A DNA stretch of 64,000 bases from a virus (Duplodnaviria > Caudoviricetes): positions 32,001 to 96,000 of the IMG/VR virus record IMGVR_UViG_3300046787_000508. One strand, 5' to 3'. Under the pieces are notes generated by a model that saw nothing but the letters and a program-made list of their open reading frames with translations, did no database searches and had not been told where the DNA came from. The translations under genes were made by a program, and so were the position numbers. The number at the start of each line of letters is the position of its first letter. Position 1 is the first letter of the stretch. Of this stretch, positions 8,257 to 16,614 are shown in pieces.

Positions 8257-9630
8257 TTAATATCCTCCTCCGCTACCTCCTCCGCTAGGGCAGTTAGCGA
8301 TACATGTTGCTTCGTCAGCATACGCTCCGTTTAACACATATGAACAATTACCTAATCCATCACAATCCCAACCATATGTTCCAACAGGTGTTGCAGTTGG
8401 AGTTGGGGTAGGTGTCGGTGTAATTGGGTTATTAACACAATTATGTTCCGCATCACAACTACCGTATTGTATTACGTCAAATGAAGTTACGGCATATTGT
8501 CCATCATAGAAAATTGGGTTACTTTTTGAACAAATATAATAAGTGTATGTACCATCTTGATTATCATACGCCTCAACACCTCCTGTCGCGTTCACCGTTA
8601 CTGTTGTGTTAGAACCTAGTGGTGTGTATACCACAGTTAAACCACTATTTAATTGTATTTCACTTGTATTTAAGGTGTAACTATAACATAAACCGCTATC
8701 ACCCACTATCGGTGTAGGGGTTGGTGTAGGTGGTGTTGGTGTAGGGTCTACACCTCCACAATCCGCACTTGTTGTACACTCACCATTTACGGTTTCAGTA
8801 ATATTAGCATCTGCATTAATTAAATCCATTCCATTATACGTGTAATAGATATTTGTATTATCTTTTATACAAATGTTAAATTCGACTCCGAGTTCATTTC
8901 CACCACTATCTGGAAATTCGGTATATACTGCATTGACCTGTACATCATTTGGTGTTGTGTAAAGTATTCGTAGGTTTTGACCTTCAAATGAAAGTGCAGA
9001 ACTATTAATTGTTAAAATATAACATGTACCCGCTAAAGGTACCACTGTTGGCGTCGGAGTAGGTGTTTGAGCAACTGCAGTTGGTGTAGGGGTTGGTGTA
9101 TCTCCTACAGCCGTTGGTGTTGGAGTTGGTGTTTGAACGACTTCGGTAGGGGTTGGGGTTGGTGTAGGTGTTGAAGTTGGAGTTGGTGTAGGGGTAGCAT
9201 CCGAAACACATGCTGCCGTTAATGAAAATGGTGGGTAACAATCGTGATAACAAATTGCAGTTAATGCTTCAGGTTGTGGGCAACATGATTGATACGCAAT
9301 TGGGTCGTGTAAATAAATGTTCTCAATAATGTATCTTGGTATTTCTGTACCATCTGATAACATAGTTTTTGTTACAGTATCTTCAATTTTAACCCAACAA
9401 TTACTATTGAAGTCTAATCCATTACTTGATATTTCAATACTTGTAGTGCCGGCAGGATACGTTGGACACGTATTATAACTTGAATAGTCAGTACCGTTAT
9501 GGTAATACGTGTAACCTGTTGTAACTGTGAATCCTCCGTAGGCACTATCGTCACCAATAACCGATTTAAAGGAAACCTTAAACGGATTTGGTGAAACAAT
9601 GTTCGTAATATTAACTCTTAAATAACCCAT
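8257..9630 (-). CDS. Cys-rich modular protein with Pro-Thr stalks; putative virion fibre
   Basis: Three PT tracts separate Cys-bounded beta-rich modules (GTCYILTI...CGG; GLCYSY...HNC; YGWDCDGLGNC). Confidence 0.65.
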   Translation of the reverse strand: MGYLRVNITNIVSPNPFKVSFKSVIGDDSAYGGFTVTTGYTYYHNGTDYSSYNTCPTYPAGTTSIEISSNGLDFNSNCWVKIEDTVTKTMLSDGTEIPRYIIENIYLHDPIAYQSCCPQPEALTAICYHDCYPPFSLTAACVSDATPTPTPTSTPTPTPTPTEVVQTPTPTPTAVGDTPTPTPTAVAQTPTPTPTVVPLAGTCYILTINSSALSFEGQNLRILYTTPNDVQVNAVYTEFPDSGGNELGVEFNICIKDNTNIYYTYNGMDLINADANITETVNGECTTSADCGGVDPTPTPPTPTPTPIVGDSGLCYSYTLNTSEIQLNSGLTVVYTPLGSNTTVTVNATGGVEAYDNQDGTYTYYICSKSNPIFYDGQYAVTSFDVIQYGSCDAEHNCVNNPITPTPTPTPTATPVGTYGWDCDGLGNCSYVLNGAYADEATCIANCPSGGGSGGGY

Positions 9631-9635
9631 ATCTA

Positions 9636-9643
9636 CATAAATA
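9636..9643 (-). promoter_or_regulatory. Late-promoter-like motif variant TATTTATG
   Basis: 5 nt upstream of the ATG at 9630. Confidence 0.5.
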
Positions 9644-9676
9644 CTTTATGGAAAGTTTAGTGTTAATAATATAAAT

Positions 9677-9703
9677 AAAAAAACCCCTTTTGTGAAGGGG
9701 TTT
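9677..9703 (-). terminator. Intrinsic terminator
   Basis: The minus strand reads AAACCCCTT-cacaa-AAGGGGTTTTTTT downstream of gene 9727..10209. Confidence 0.8.
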
Positions 9704-9726
9704 ATTGTGTTATTATAAAATGTTAA

Positions 9727-10209
9727 TTATATGATTCCACCGTCACAACTAAAATCCTGTGCGGTCACTTGTTCAAGGAATGTGTGAGACGTTTCAGATT
9801 CACCTATTGTTCCCTCAAATACAAAGATGTAATCCACATTTCCACTTCCACTGATTCTGATGAATTCTCCACCTATAGGTGAGAATCCTAATTCGGTACC
9901 TGTAAAGACAACAGCCGCAGGTGCATTTCCAATTGGATGTGCCGTTGCGTTTTGTGAACAATAAGGTATAAATGTGTAAGTTTGATTCGCCGATACTGGT
10001 ACGTTTATGGAATTGATGCACGCACCGTCACTTGTTATGTCAAAACTTGTTACGGTATCGGGAATATTAATGTATTCTTGTCCTGCAGCCAAATCGGCTC
10101 TTGACACATTGGTCGCTACCGAGTATGAACCTGGTTGCCCTACGATGTCAAATGGTCCAACGTTTACTGATGAACCTACTGTTAATGTGAATGTTGCTGA
10201 AAATGACAT
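9727..10209 (-). CDS. Small putative virion fibre or decoration protein with a shared N-terminal module
   Basis: The N-terminal VGSSVNVGPFDI...ATNVSRADLAAG...IPDTVTSFDITSDGAC is paralogous to the N-terminus of 11987..12817. Confidence 0.6.
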   Translation of the reverse strand: MSFSATFTLTVGSSVNVGPFDIVGQPGSYSVATNVSRADLAAGQEYINIPDTVTSFDITSDGACINSINVPVSANQTYTFIPYCSQNATAHPIGNAPAAVVFTGTELGFSPIGGEFIRISGSGNVDYIFVFEGTIGESETSHTFLEQVTAQDFSCDGGII

Positions 10210-10234
10210 ATCTTTTTGTTTTAAATTTGTTTAT

Positions 10235-10242
10235 TATAAATA
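10235..10242 (-). promoter_or_regulatory. Late-promoter-like motif TATTTATA
   Basis: Upstream of the ATG at 10209. Confidence 0.55.
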
Positions 10243-10274
10243 TCTGTTTATTTTGTTTTATTTGTTTTTTTTAT

Positions 10275-11954
10275 TTACACTTGTTCATCAAATTCATTAC
10301 AAGGAATTTGGAAGTTACTACAAGGTACTACTTGTTCAATACAAGGTGATGACACATTATCTCTACAGAAATAACCTCCACTTGGCGGTACAGGTGTTGG
10401 GGTTGGAGCGATATAAGGGTCGGCACCTCCACACCATTCACTATTATCACATTTTCCATTTGTTACCACATCAAGACCTGCGTCTATAAATCCACTACCA
10501 TTAACACCATATTTAAATGATGGGTATTGTGTTGAACATATGTGTATGATGTAATCATTAATTGGTGAGAAATCAGTGGGGAAACTATAATATGGTTCAG
10601 ATACGTACGTTGTGTCAGTTTTCCTATAAGTGACATATAAACTTTCACCATTATAAGTTAACATGCTCGATGGAATTGTTATCGTGTAACAAGTACCAGT
10701 ACATGAAGTAGTGTCAACCACTCCACTATATGTAACACATCCATTTGCATCTGTCACTTCAACACAGTAACCATATTCATCAATACCTGTTACGGTAACC
10801 GATGGAGAACCTGAAGTTATATTTGTGTAAGTACCAATTAAATCTCCACTTCCACAAGAAACATAAGGTGCCGTTGTGTCGGCATATAGTTTATATGTTT
10901 TAGGGAACACCCCACCTAAAGATGATAATGTAATAACACCATCTGCAGTACCGTTACATGTGGCATATGTGTTTACCACAATACTCGCCGATTGTTCAGA
11001 TGGTTGTGTAAGTGTTACGTTATAAGTAGTAACATAACCATCTGAATCAGTAACATATACATCGTAATTTCCTTGTGTTAAGTTAGAATAAGTCCTACTT
11101 GTTGTTGTTAATTGGTACGTTCCTCCGGCACCTAATTTAACATAATAAGGTGAACCTATTCCACCTGAAATATTTGAAACCACAATGGTTCCATTACTAC
11201 CACCGTAACAATTAACGTTAGTGACATCAACATTTGCAGATACCGGAGGCACTGGTGTAGGTGTTGGGGTCGATGTATTAGTTGGTGTAGGGGTCGGCGT
11301 ATTAGTTGGTGTAGGTGTTGGGGTATTAGTTGGTGTTGGGGTATTAGTTGGCGTATTAGTTGGCGTTGGGGTAGGTGTAGGTGTTGGTGTTGGTACAAAT
11401 GTTGTTAGTACCACATCAAAACTACAGTTCAATGTCGGTGTAGGTGTTGGTGTTGCAGTTGGTGTAGGTGTAGGAGTTGGTGTCACAGTGGTAATATCAA
11501 CATCAAAACTACAATCTAATGTTGGAGTTGGTGTAGGTGTTGCCGTTGGTGTATTAGTTGGAGTTGGGGTTGGTGTAGGGGTAATAATGTTCACATCCAC
11601 GTCAAAACCACAATCTAATGTTGGGGTCGGTGTAGGTGTTGGTGTAGGTGTTGGCACAAACGTTGATAATATCACATCGAAACTACAATCCAAAGTAGGT
11701 GTTGGGGTTGGCGTCGGAGTGGCGGTATTTGTCGGTGTCGGCGTTGGTGTTGGTGTGTTAGTAGGTGTTGGAGTCGGCGTTGGTGGTGGGCAATCGATAA
11801 CTGATAATAATAGTCCGTTTAGTTGTTGTCTATATATGTTATTAAATGAATAATACCCATCTGGTGCCAAAGTTGTACGAGGACTATCAATCCATATTTT
11901 GGTTGCGGTCTCGAATGATGACGTATCGATAAAGTATGTTCCTGTAGTTGCCAT
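10275..11954 (-). CDS. Pro-Thr-stalked fibre-like protein with four LDCxFDV nodes, two SprB-like repeats and a Cys-rich tip
   Basis: Translation in the ORF track; [19 protein letters not shown]...VYVTDSDG and [17 protein letters not shown]...VEVTDANGC are SprB-repeat-like. Confidence 0.7.
   Translation of the reverse strand: MATTGTYFIDTSSFETATKIWIDSPRTTLAPDGYYSFNNIYRQQLNGLLLSVIDCPPPTPTPTPTNTPTPTPTPTNTATPTPTPTPTLDCSFDVILSTFVPTPTPTPTPTPTLDCGFDVDVNIITPTPTPTPTNTPTATPTPTPTLDCSFDVDITTVTPTPTPTPTATPTPTPTLNCSFDVVLTTFVPTPTPTPTPTPTNTPTNTPTPTNTPTPTPTNTPTPTPTNTSTPTPTPVPPVSANVDVTNVNCYGGSNGTIVVSNISGGIGSPYYVKLGAGGTYQLTTTSRTYSNLTQGNYDVYVTDSDGYVTTYNVTLTQPSEQSASIVVNTYATCNGTADGVITLSSLGGVFPKTYKLYADTTAPYVSCGSGDLIGTYTNITSGSPSVTVTGIDEYGYCVEVTDANGCVTYSGVVDTTSCTGTCYTITIPSSMLTYNGESLYVTYRKTDTTYVSEPYYSFPTDFSPINDYIIHICSTQYPSFKYGVNGSGFIDAGLDVVTNGKCDNSEWCGGADPYIAPTPTPVPPSGGYFCRDNVSSPCIEQVVPCSNFQIPCNEFDEQV
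11245..11790 (-). repeat. Coding low-complexity (Pro-Thr)n tract with four LDCxFDV motifs
   Basis: Degenerate ggtgtaggtgttggc-type hexamer repeats on the plus strand, varying at third codon positions. Confidence 0.9.
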
Positions 11955-11960
11955 GTATGT

Positions 11961-11968
11961 TATAAATA
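11961..11968 (-). promoter_or_regulatory. Late-promoter-like motif TATTTATA
   Basis: 6 nt upstream of the ATG at 11954. Confidence 0.6.
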
Positions 11969-11986
11969 GACTATTTTTATTTTATT

Positions 11987-12817
11987 TTAAAGAATACAGT
12001 CGCCGCCCAATTCAACTATTTTTCCTGCACTATCTAATCTTATTGAATTATAAATTCCAATGAATGACGCACTTATTGAATACCATCCAGGGGCACCAGT
12101 TACAGCAGATGTTTCACCCAATATTGGGTTCGAATATACAATAGAATTGACTTCGATAGTACCATTTGTTACCGTATATGTTCCCATAACGGCACCTGTT
12201 TGGTTACCTGCAACACACGCATCATATGATGTACTATATGGTCCAACTAAGACATAATATTGTGTCGGAGTTGACGTTGGGGTAGGTGTAGGTGTAGGTA
12301 CGATTTCACATTCGCAAGCTAATGATGGTAAATTCTCGTCATAACACAATTCAAGAGTTGTTGATTGACAACCTGATATCGATGTTACCTCAAGTTCACC
12401 CGCATTAACGGTATTGTATAATGCACAAAAAGTATGTTCCACTTGACCGTTAGTACCGTCAATAGTTCTCGTTATTTCATTACATTCACAGTCAGTATAG
12501 TAATAATTGAATATTCCAATATTTGAAGTTACGGTATAAGTGTAACAACCAATCGGTATTGTGTAACTATCGTTATTAACATTACTATCAATAGAACAGA
12601 AAGAATCGGGGTCACTCGATACAACGATACTTGTTGATTCGTCTGGAACCGAAACAATTACCCCATCAGTTGTAGATAATTCACTGAAGGTTAACCCTGT
12701 TGCCGGTAGTCCATTTGAATGTAACGTTGCTCTTTTATTTGAGTCAATGTTGTCATAGTATATATCAAATACACCATTTGATGACCCGATGACTATTCTA
12801 ACTTTTATGTATTTCAT
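11987..12817 (-). CDS. Cys-rich modular putative virion fibre protein
   Basis: N-terminal module shared with 9727..10209; GCYTY...YTDCEC...FCA module; short PT linker. Confidence 0.6.
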   Translation of the reverse strand: MKYIKVRIVIGSSNGVFDIYYDNIDSNKRATLHSNGLPATGLTFSELSTTDGVIVSVPDESTSIVVSSDPDSFCSIDSNVNNDSYTIPIGCYTYTVTSNIGIFNYYYTDCECNEITRTIDGTNGQVEHTFCALYNTVNAGELEVTSISGCQSTTLELCYDENLPSLACECEIVPTPTPTPTSTPTQYYVLVGPYSTSYDACVAGNQTGAVMGTYTVTNGTIEVNSIVYSNPILGETSAVTGAPGWYSISASFIGIYNSIRLDSAGKIVELGGDCIL

Positions 12818-12829
12818 TTTATGTTATTA

Positions 12830-13045
12830 TTAATTTACATTAATCCAATCGTAACAATCAGTTATTGTCGTTAAAACATCACTATGTGAATTATTTAACT
12901 CTTGACCTAATTTACAAACCATATACTCTTCAGTATTTGCATTTTTAAAAATACAATAATTAACATCGTTAATTATTTTCGTCTCAATACGTCCGGCACT
13001 TTCTAATGTTTGGTATAAAATTGCCGTTACTTCTTTTTCTTTCAT
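12830..13045 (-). CDS. Small hypothetical protein (possible fibre assembly factor)
   Basis: A 71 aa ORF that fills the gap between fibre-like genes and has an A-rich start context. Function is unsupported. Confidence 0.55.
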   Translation of the reverse strand: MKEKEVTAILYQTLESAGRIETKIINDVNYCIFKNANTEEYMVCKLGQELNNSHSDVLTTITDCYDWINVN

Positions 13046-13056
13046 TTTATATTATT

Positions 13057-16000
13057 TTATACTGTTGGTGTTGTTGTGTCATTATTATTAAGTAATCCCG
13101 AACCTGTTGTTAAATTATAGGTTAACGTGGCAATTCTTTGTCCCGATGTTGACGATTGACTTGTGATTTTTTTACCTACAGAATCTATATTATAAGTGCC
13201 TGTTGCTGTTGAATTAACCCACACGAATCCACTTTTTGTTGGTGTACCGCCTTTCCATAAAGTAGCTGCCACATTAACATTGTTATTACCAACTGTACCG
13301 AACCAAAACCCTCTTAAATCCATTACTAACTCCGTTGACGATGGATATGCGGTTTTAAATACATTTAAATTAACCAATACCGATTCAAATCCAGTACCGG
13401 TATTATCACCACCCCACGTTAAATATGGGGTACCACTCATTGGCCATTGTGATTTATAAGACCAACCAATATATTCAATTGGTGTGTCTTGACCCACAAA
13501 TGGTGTGACTATTCTTGTTCTTGTATCTAAATCATCTCCATCGGTAAATTCATAAGTTAACATCATATAATCAGCGTCAAATGTAAAGATTGACGTACCT
13601 AAAGTAAATGTAACATCGTCGGTACATTCTGAAGAATCACTTATAATTACGGTGTATTCTGTATTTGCACTTAAACCCGTTATAACAAACGGTGAAGAAC
13701 ACGAACCTTTGGAAACGCCGTTTAATGAATATGATGTTTGTCCATTTGAACCTGCGAATGTAATAGTTGCACTACCTAAAGTACCGCCCGAAACATCAAC
13801 CGTTTCCGTGGAAACTATGGTTAAATAACATGATGATGGTGGTGGTGTGTAACAAGTGGTTGATGTCCCAATTGCATATGTGGTTTTATTAAATGGATTC
13901 GGTGTTGTTATACTATTAATTGTTATACCTGTAACAACTTCACCACCACTTATTTGATTACCATATTGGACAAACGTTGATGGGGAATTGTTTGACGTTT
14001 TTACATTATATGTTCCACTAAGTCCCACGTTTTCTGTGTATACCTTAACAACCATACTAATCGGATTTGTAGTTGTTGTTGGGACGCCATCTAATACACT
14101 ATTAATGTAAAACCCACGATTAAATAACGAACCACAACGTTCTTCAACGTTCAATGTTATAGTTTGTTCTTTATAGTAATAGAAAGGTTTATTACCTATC
14201 CAATCAATTAAAGGTCGATACCAACCGGTATTTGCTTGTGAATGTGACGTGGTGTTAAAATTATTATAAACTTGGAAATCGTCCAAAGTTTCTAAATTAT
14301 TTATGAATCCCTTTTTTAAATTACCATCAGTGTATAAACTATTCGGGTCAAAACTCATGTCATTATCATACCCATTTGTTAGATATGTTAAGGTCATGGC
14401 ATTTGCGTTTGTTAAAAACCAGTTACTTGAATAATCTAAGTTCGTAGTTACTATCTGTTCTCCCGTAGTTGTTGTTGTACTATTAGATGATGACATATAA
14501 TATATTCCATCAATTACACCATTTGTTGTATGATAAAATGTACAGTATGTAGTGGTTCCCGTTACACCGTAGTATCCGTTCAAAACTTTTTGACAACCTG
14601 ATGCGTCAAAATATAGACTCTTACCGATAGTTGCGCCACCATTGTCTCTATCATCATAAAATAACGTTGCTCGGGTTGGTGTATTTTCTACTTTTAATTC
14701 ATGTGTGAAATTTACGTCCAACTCACCTATCTCCTCGTCAGCTATAACTTGACAATAATTTGCATAATTTTCAGCGTAGTCAACAGCGGCGTTAAACACG
14801 GCCAAAGCTTTATTATTAGCGTCTTGTTGACTCACACAACTAAATTCGCTTCCGTTTTCAACTGTAATAGTAGTTGAAGTTGCGGTTTCTAAATCACAAC
14901 AATTTGGAGTTACATTATGTGTTAAATTGTTATTATTATAATAAACAATTCCCGTCCCACAATAAGGTAATGGTTTTCCTGATGTGTATGATAAAACAAT
15001 CAATGAATTGTAATCAGTTACAGTTGTTGGTTCATCAGCTTTAATTGAATATTGAAATTGGAATTTAAGTGGGTCTTCATTAATCATTGCATTGGTGAAT
15101 GATAATTCTTTTGACACAATTTTATTTCCTGTTTGTGTGTAATAATAAACACCGTCACAATAATAACCATTGTTTATTGTTGTAAGTGTGGGATTTCTAT
15201 AAAGAACGGTATCGTGAGATTCGTTACTAACTTCAATATATGGACCATCTGTAAAGTGGTGTAAAAATTGTCTACAATCCTCTCTATATCTTTTTGTTTT
15301 TTTACCGAAAATAATTACTAAAAGAGCAATTAAAACTATAGCACCTAACACCCATGGATTTACTAACGCCGCACTAATCCACTGTCCAACATTTGAAAAT
15401 AAAGTTATACCCCATGGTGAAAATGGTCCAATACCACCGGCAAACCATGCTGATATGGTTGTTCCAATGGCACTTGTAGATATTGCCGAACCAATTGGAC
15501 CAATTAGAGCTAACCCTAATATAGTAGCACCTTGTGCCCAATCATTTGCGTCCCAACTTCTATCATAACCTTTTGCCACACCTAACAATAATTTACTCAA
15601 TGCATGTGTTGAACCGACAACAGGATTATGTTGACCGTTTGACATGGTATATTTAGTAAAGACACTATCATTCGATGTTTTAATGTCAGTAGAATGGTAC
15701 CCCATGTAATATCTATATTGTTCTGGTTTAGATAATGAGGATACACTTGTTATACTTCTTAGTCTCCCAACACCCTCAATAAATGGCATTGTACATGCAT
15801 CTGAAGTTTGTGCACCTGAATCGAACCACATCCTTGGTCCGAAAGTTTCGTATGTTGTTTTTGGACTTCTAAATAATTTTTTAGTAACAGTCACTTCCGT
15901 TTGTGTACCATAAGACCTATCAAAAATACCACCAACTTTATAAACGTTACTACCATAACCATAATAATAAGGTAGTGCCGGATTATTAAATCCTTTAGCG

Positions 16001-16599
16001 GCATATATCGGTGTATTATCAGTCCAAGATTCGATAGGAACTTTAGAATATAATTTAGTTCTTAACTTGGCTGTACTATCTATTGCGTCATATGGAGAAT
16101 ATACGTGTAAACCTGTACTATATTCATATAATGGTGTTGGACAATTGTACGAAATGGTGGCACTTGATGTTGTCGGAGGAGTACCTCTTTTACCCATTGA
16201 CACACACACATTTAAAATGTTACTTTTTACAGTGTCCTCAACATTAACAATTACATAAAAAACATTACTTGTATTTACAAAATCGTCATTTTTTAATTTA
16301 TATTCATCAAGGATTAACGATGTTTTTACTGGTCTATATAATCCATCTTCAGTTTGTGATATTGAAACGAAACCTCCGTTTGGGTCAAAGAAACCTACTG
16401 AAACGTAATCTAACGTACCGGTATATGTAACTTGAAAAACAGTAATACCGTAATCGGTACTTCCCAAATCTAAAGTCACAGTTTTATTTGCGAACCTCAT
16501 CGATTTGTCATATGCGTCATTGGTACCTATTGATGGTCTCGCTGACGTATAATCACTTTGTGTAAAATTTATTGTTGATGAATTATTAAATGTTGGCAT
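13057..16599 (-). CDS. Large mosaic virion-associated protein with a central hydrophobic hairpin, a DUF5977-like motif and an SprB-like module
   Basis: Hydrophobic stretch from WAQGATILGLALIG to LIALLVIIFGKK; SCVSQQDANNKALA; C-terminal DLDTRTRI...GGDNTGTGFESV domain. Confidence 0.6.
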   Translation of the reverse strand: MPTFNNSSTINFTQSDYTSARPSIGTNDAYDKSMRFANKTVTLDLGSTDYGITVFQVTYTGTLDYVSVGFFDPNGGFVSISQTEDGLYRPVKTSLILDEYKLKNDDFVNTSNVFYVIVNVEDTVKSNILNVCVSMGKRGTPPTTSSATISYNCPTPLYEYSTGLHVYSPYDAIDSTAKLRTKLYSKVPIESWTDNTPIYAAKGFNNPALPYYYGYGSNVYKVGGIFDRSYGTQTEVTVTKKLFRSPKTTYETFGPRMWFDSGAQTSDACTMPFIEGVGRLRSITSVSSLSKPEQYRYYMGYHSTDIKTSNDSVFTKYTMSNGQHNPVVGSTHALSKLLLGVAKGYDRSWDANDWAQGATILGLALIGPIGSAISTSAIGTTISAWFAGGIGPFSPWGITLFSNVGQWISAALVNPWVLGAIVLIALLVIIFGKKTKRYREDCRQFLHHFTDGPYIEVSNESHDTVLYRNPTLTTINNGYYCDGVYYYTQTGNKIVSKELSFTNAMINEDPLKFQFQYSIKADEPTTVTDYNSLIVLSYTSGKPLPYCGTGIVYYNNNNLTHNVTPNCCDLETATSTTITVENGSEFSCVSQQDANNKALAVFNAAVDYAENYANYCQVIADEEIGELDVNFTHELKVENTPTRATLFYDDRDNGGATIGKSLYFDASGCQKVLNGYYGVTGTTTYCTFYHTTNGVIDGIYYMSSSNSTTTTTGEQIVTTNLDYSSNWFLTNANAMTLTYLTNGYDNDMSFDPNSLYTDGNLKKGFINNLETLDDFQVYNNFNTTSHSQANTGWYRPLIDWIGNKPFYYYKEQTITLNVEERCGSLFNRGFYINSVLDGVPTTTTNPISMVVKVYTENVGLSGTYNVKTSNNSPSTFVQYGNQISGGEVVTGITINSITTPNPFNKTTYAIGTSTTCYTPPPSSCYLTIVSTETVDVSGGTLGSATITFAGSNGQTSYSLNGVSKGSCSSPFVITGLSANTEYTVIISDSSECTDDVTFTLGTSIFTFDADYMMLTYEFTDGDDLDTRTRIVTPFVGQDTPIEYIGWSYKSQWPMSGTPYLTWGGDNTGTGFESVLVNLNVFKTAYPSSTELVMDLRGFWFGTVGNNNVNVAATLWKGGTPTKSGFVWVNSTATGTYNIDSVGKKITSQSSTSGQRIATLTYNLTTGSGLLNNNDTTTPTV

Positions 16600-16614
16600 C
16601 TTTTATATCTTAAT

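Noticed and set aside
11221-11853. 210 aa plus-strand Gly-Val-rich ORF
   Set aside because: It is the antisense shadow of the (Pro-Thr)n tract; ACN/CCN codons cannot give stops on the opposite strand.
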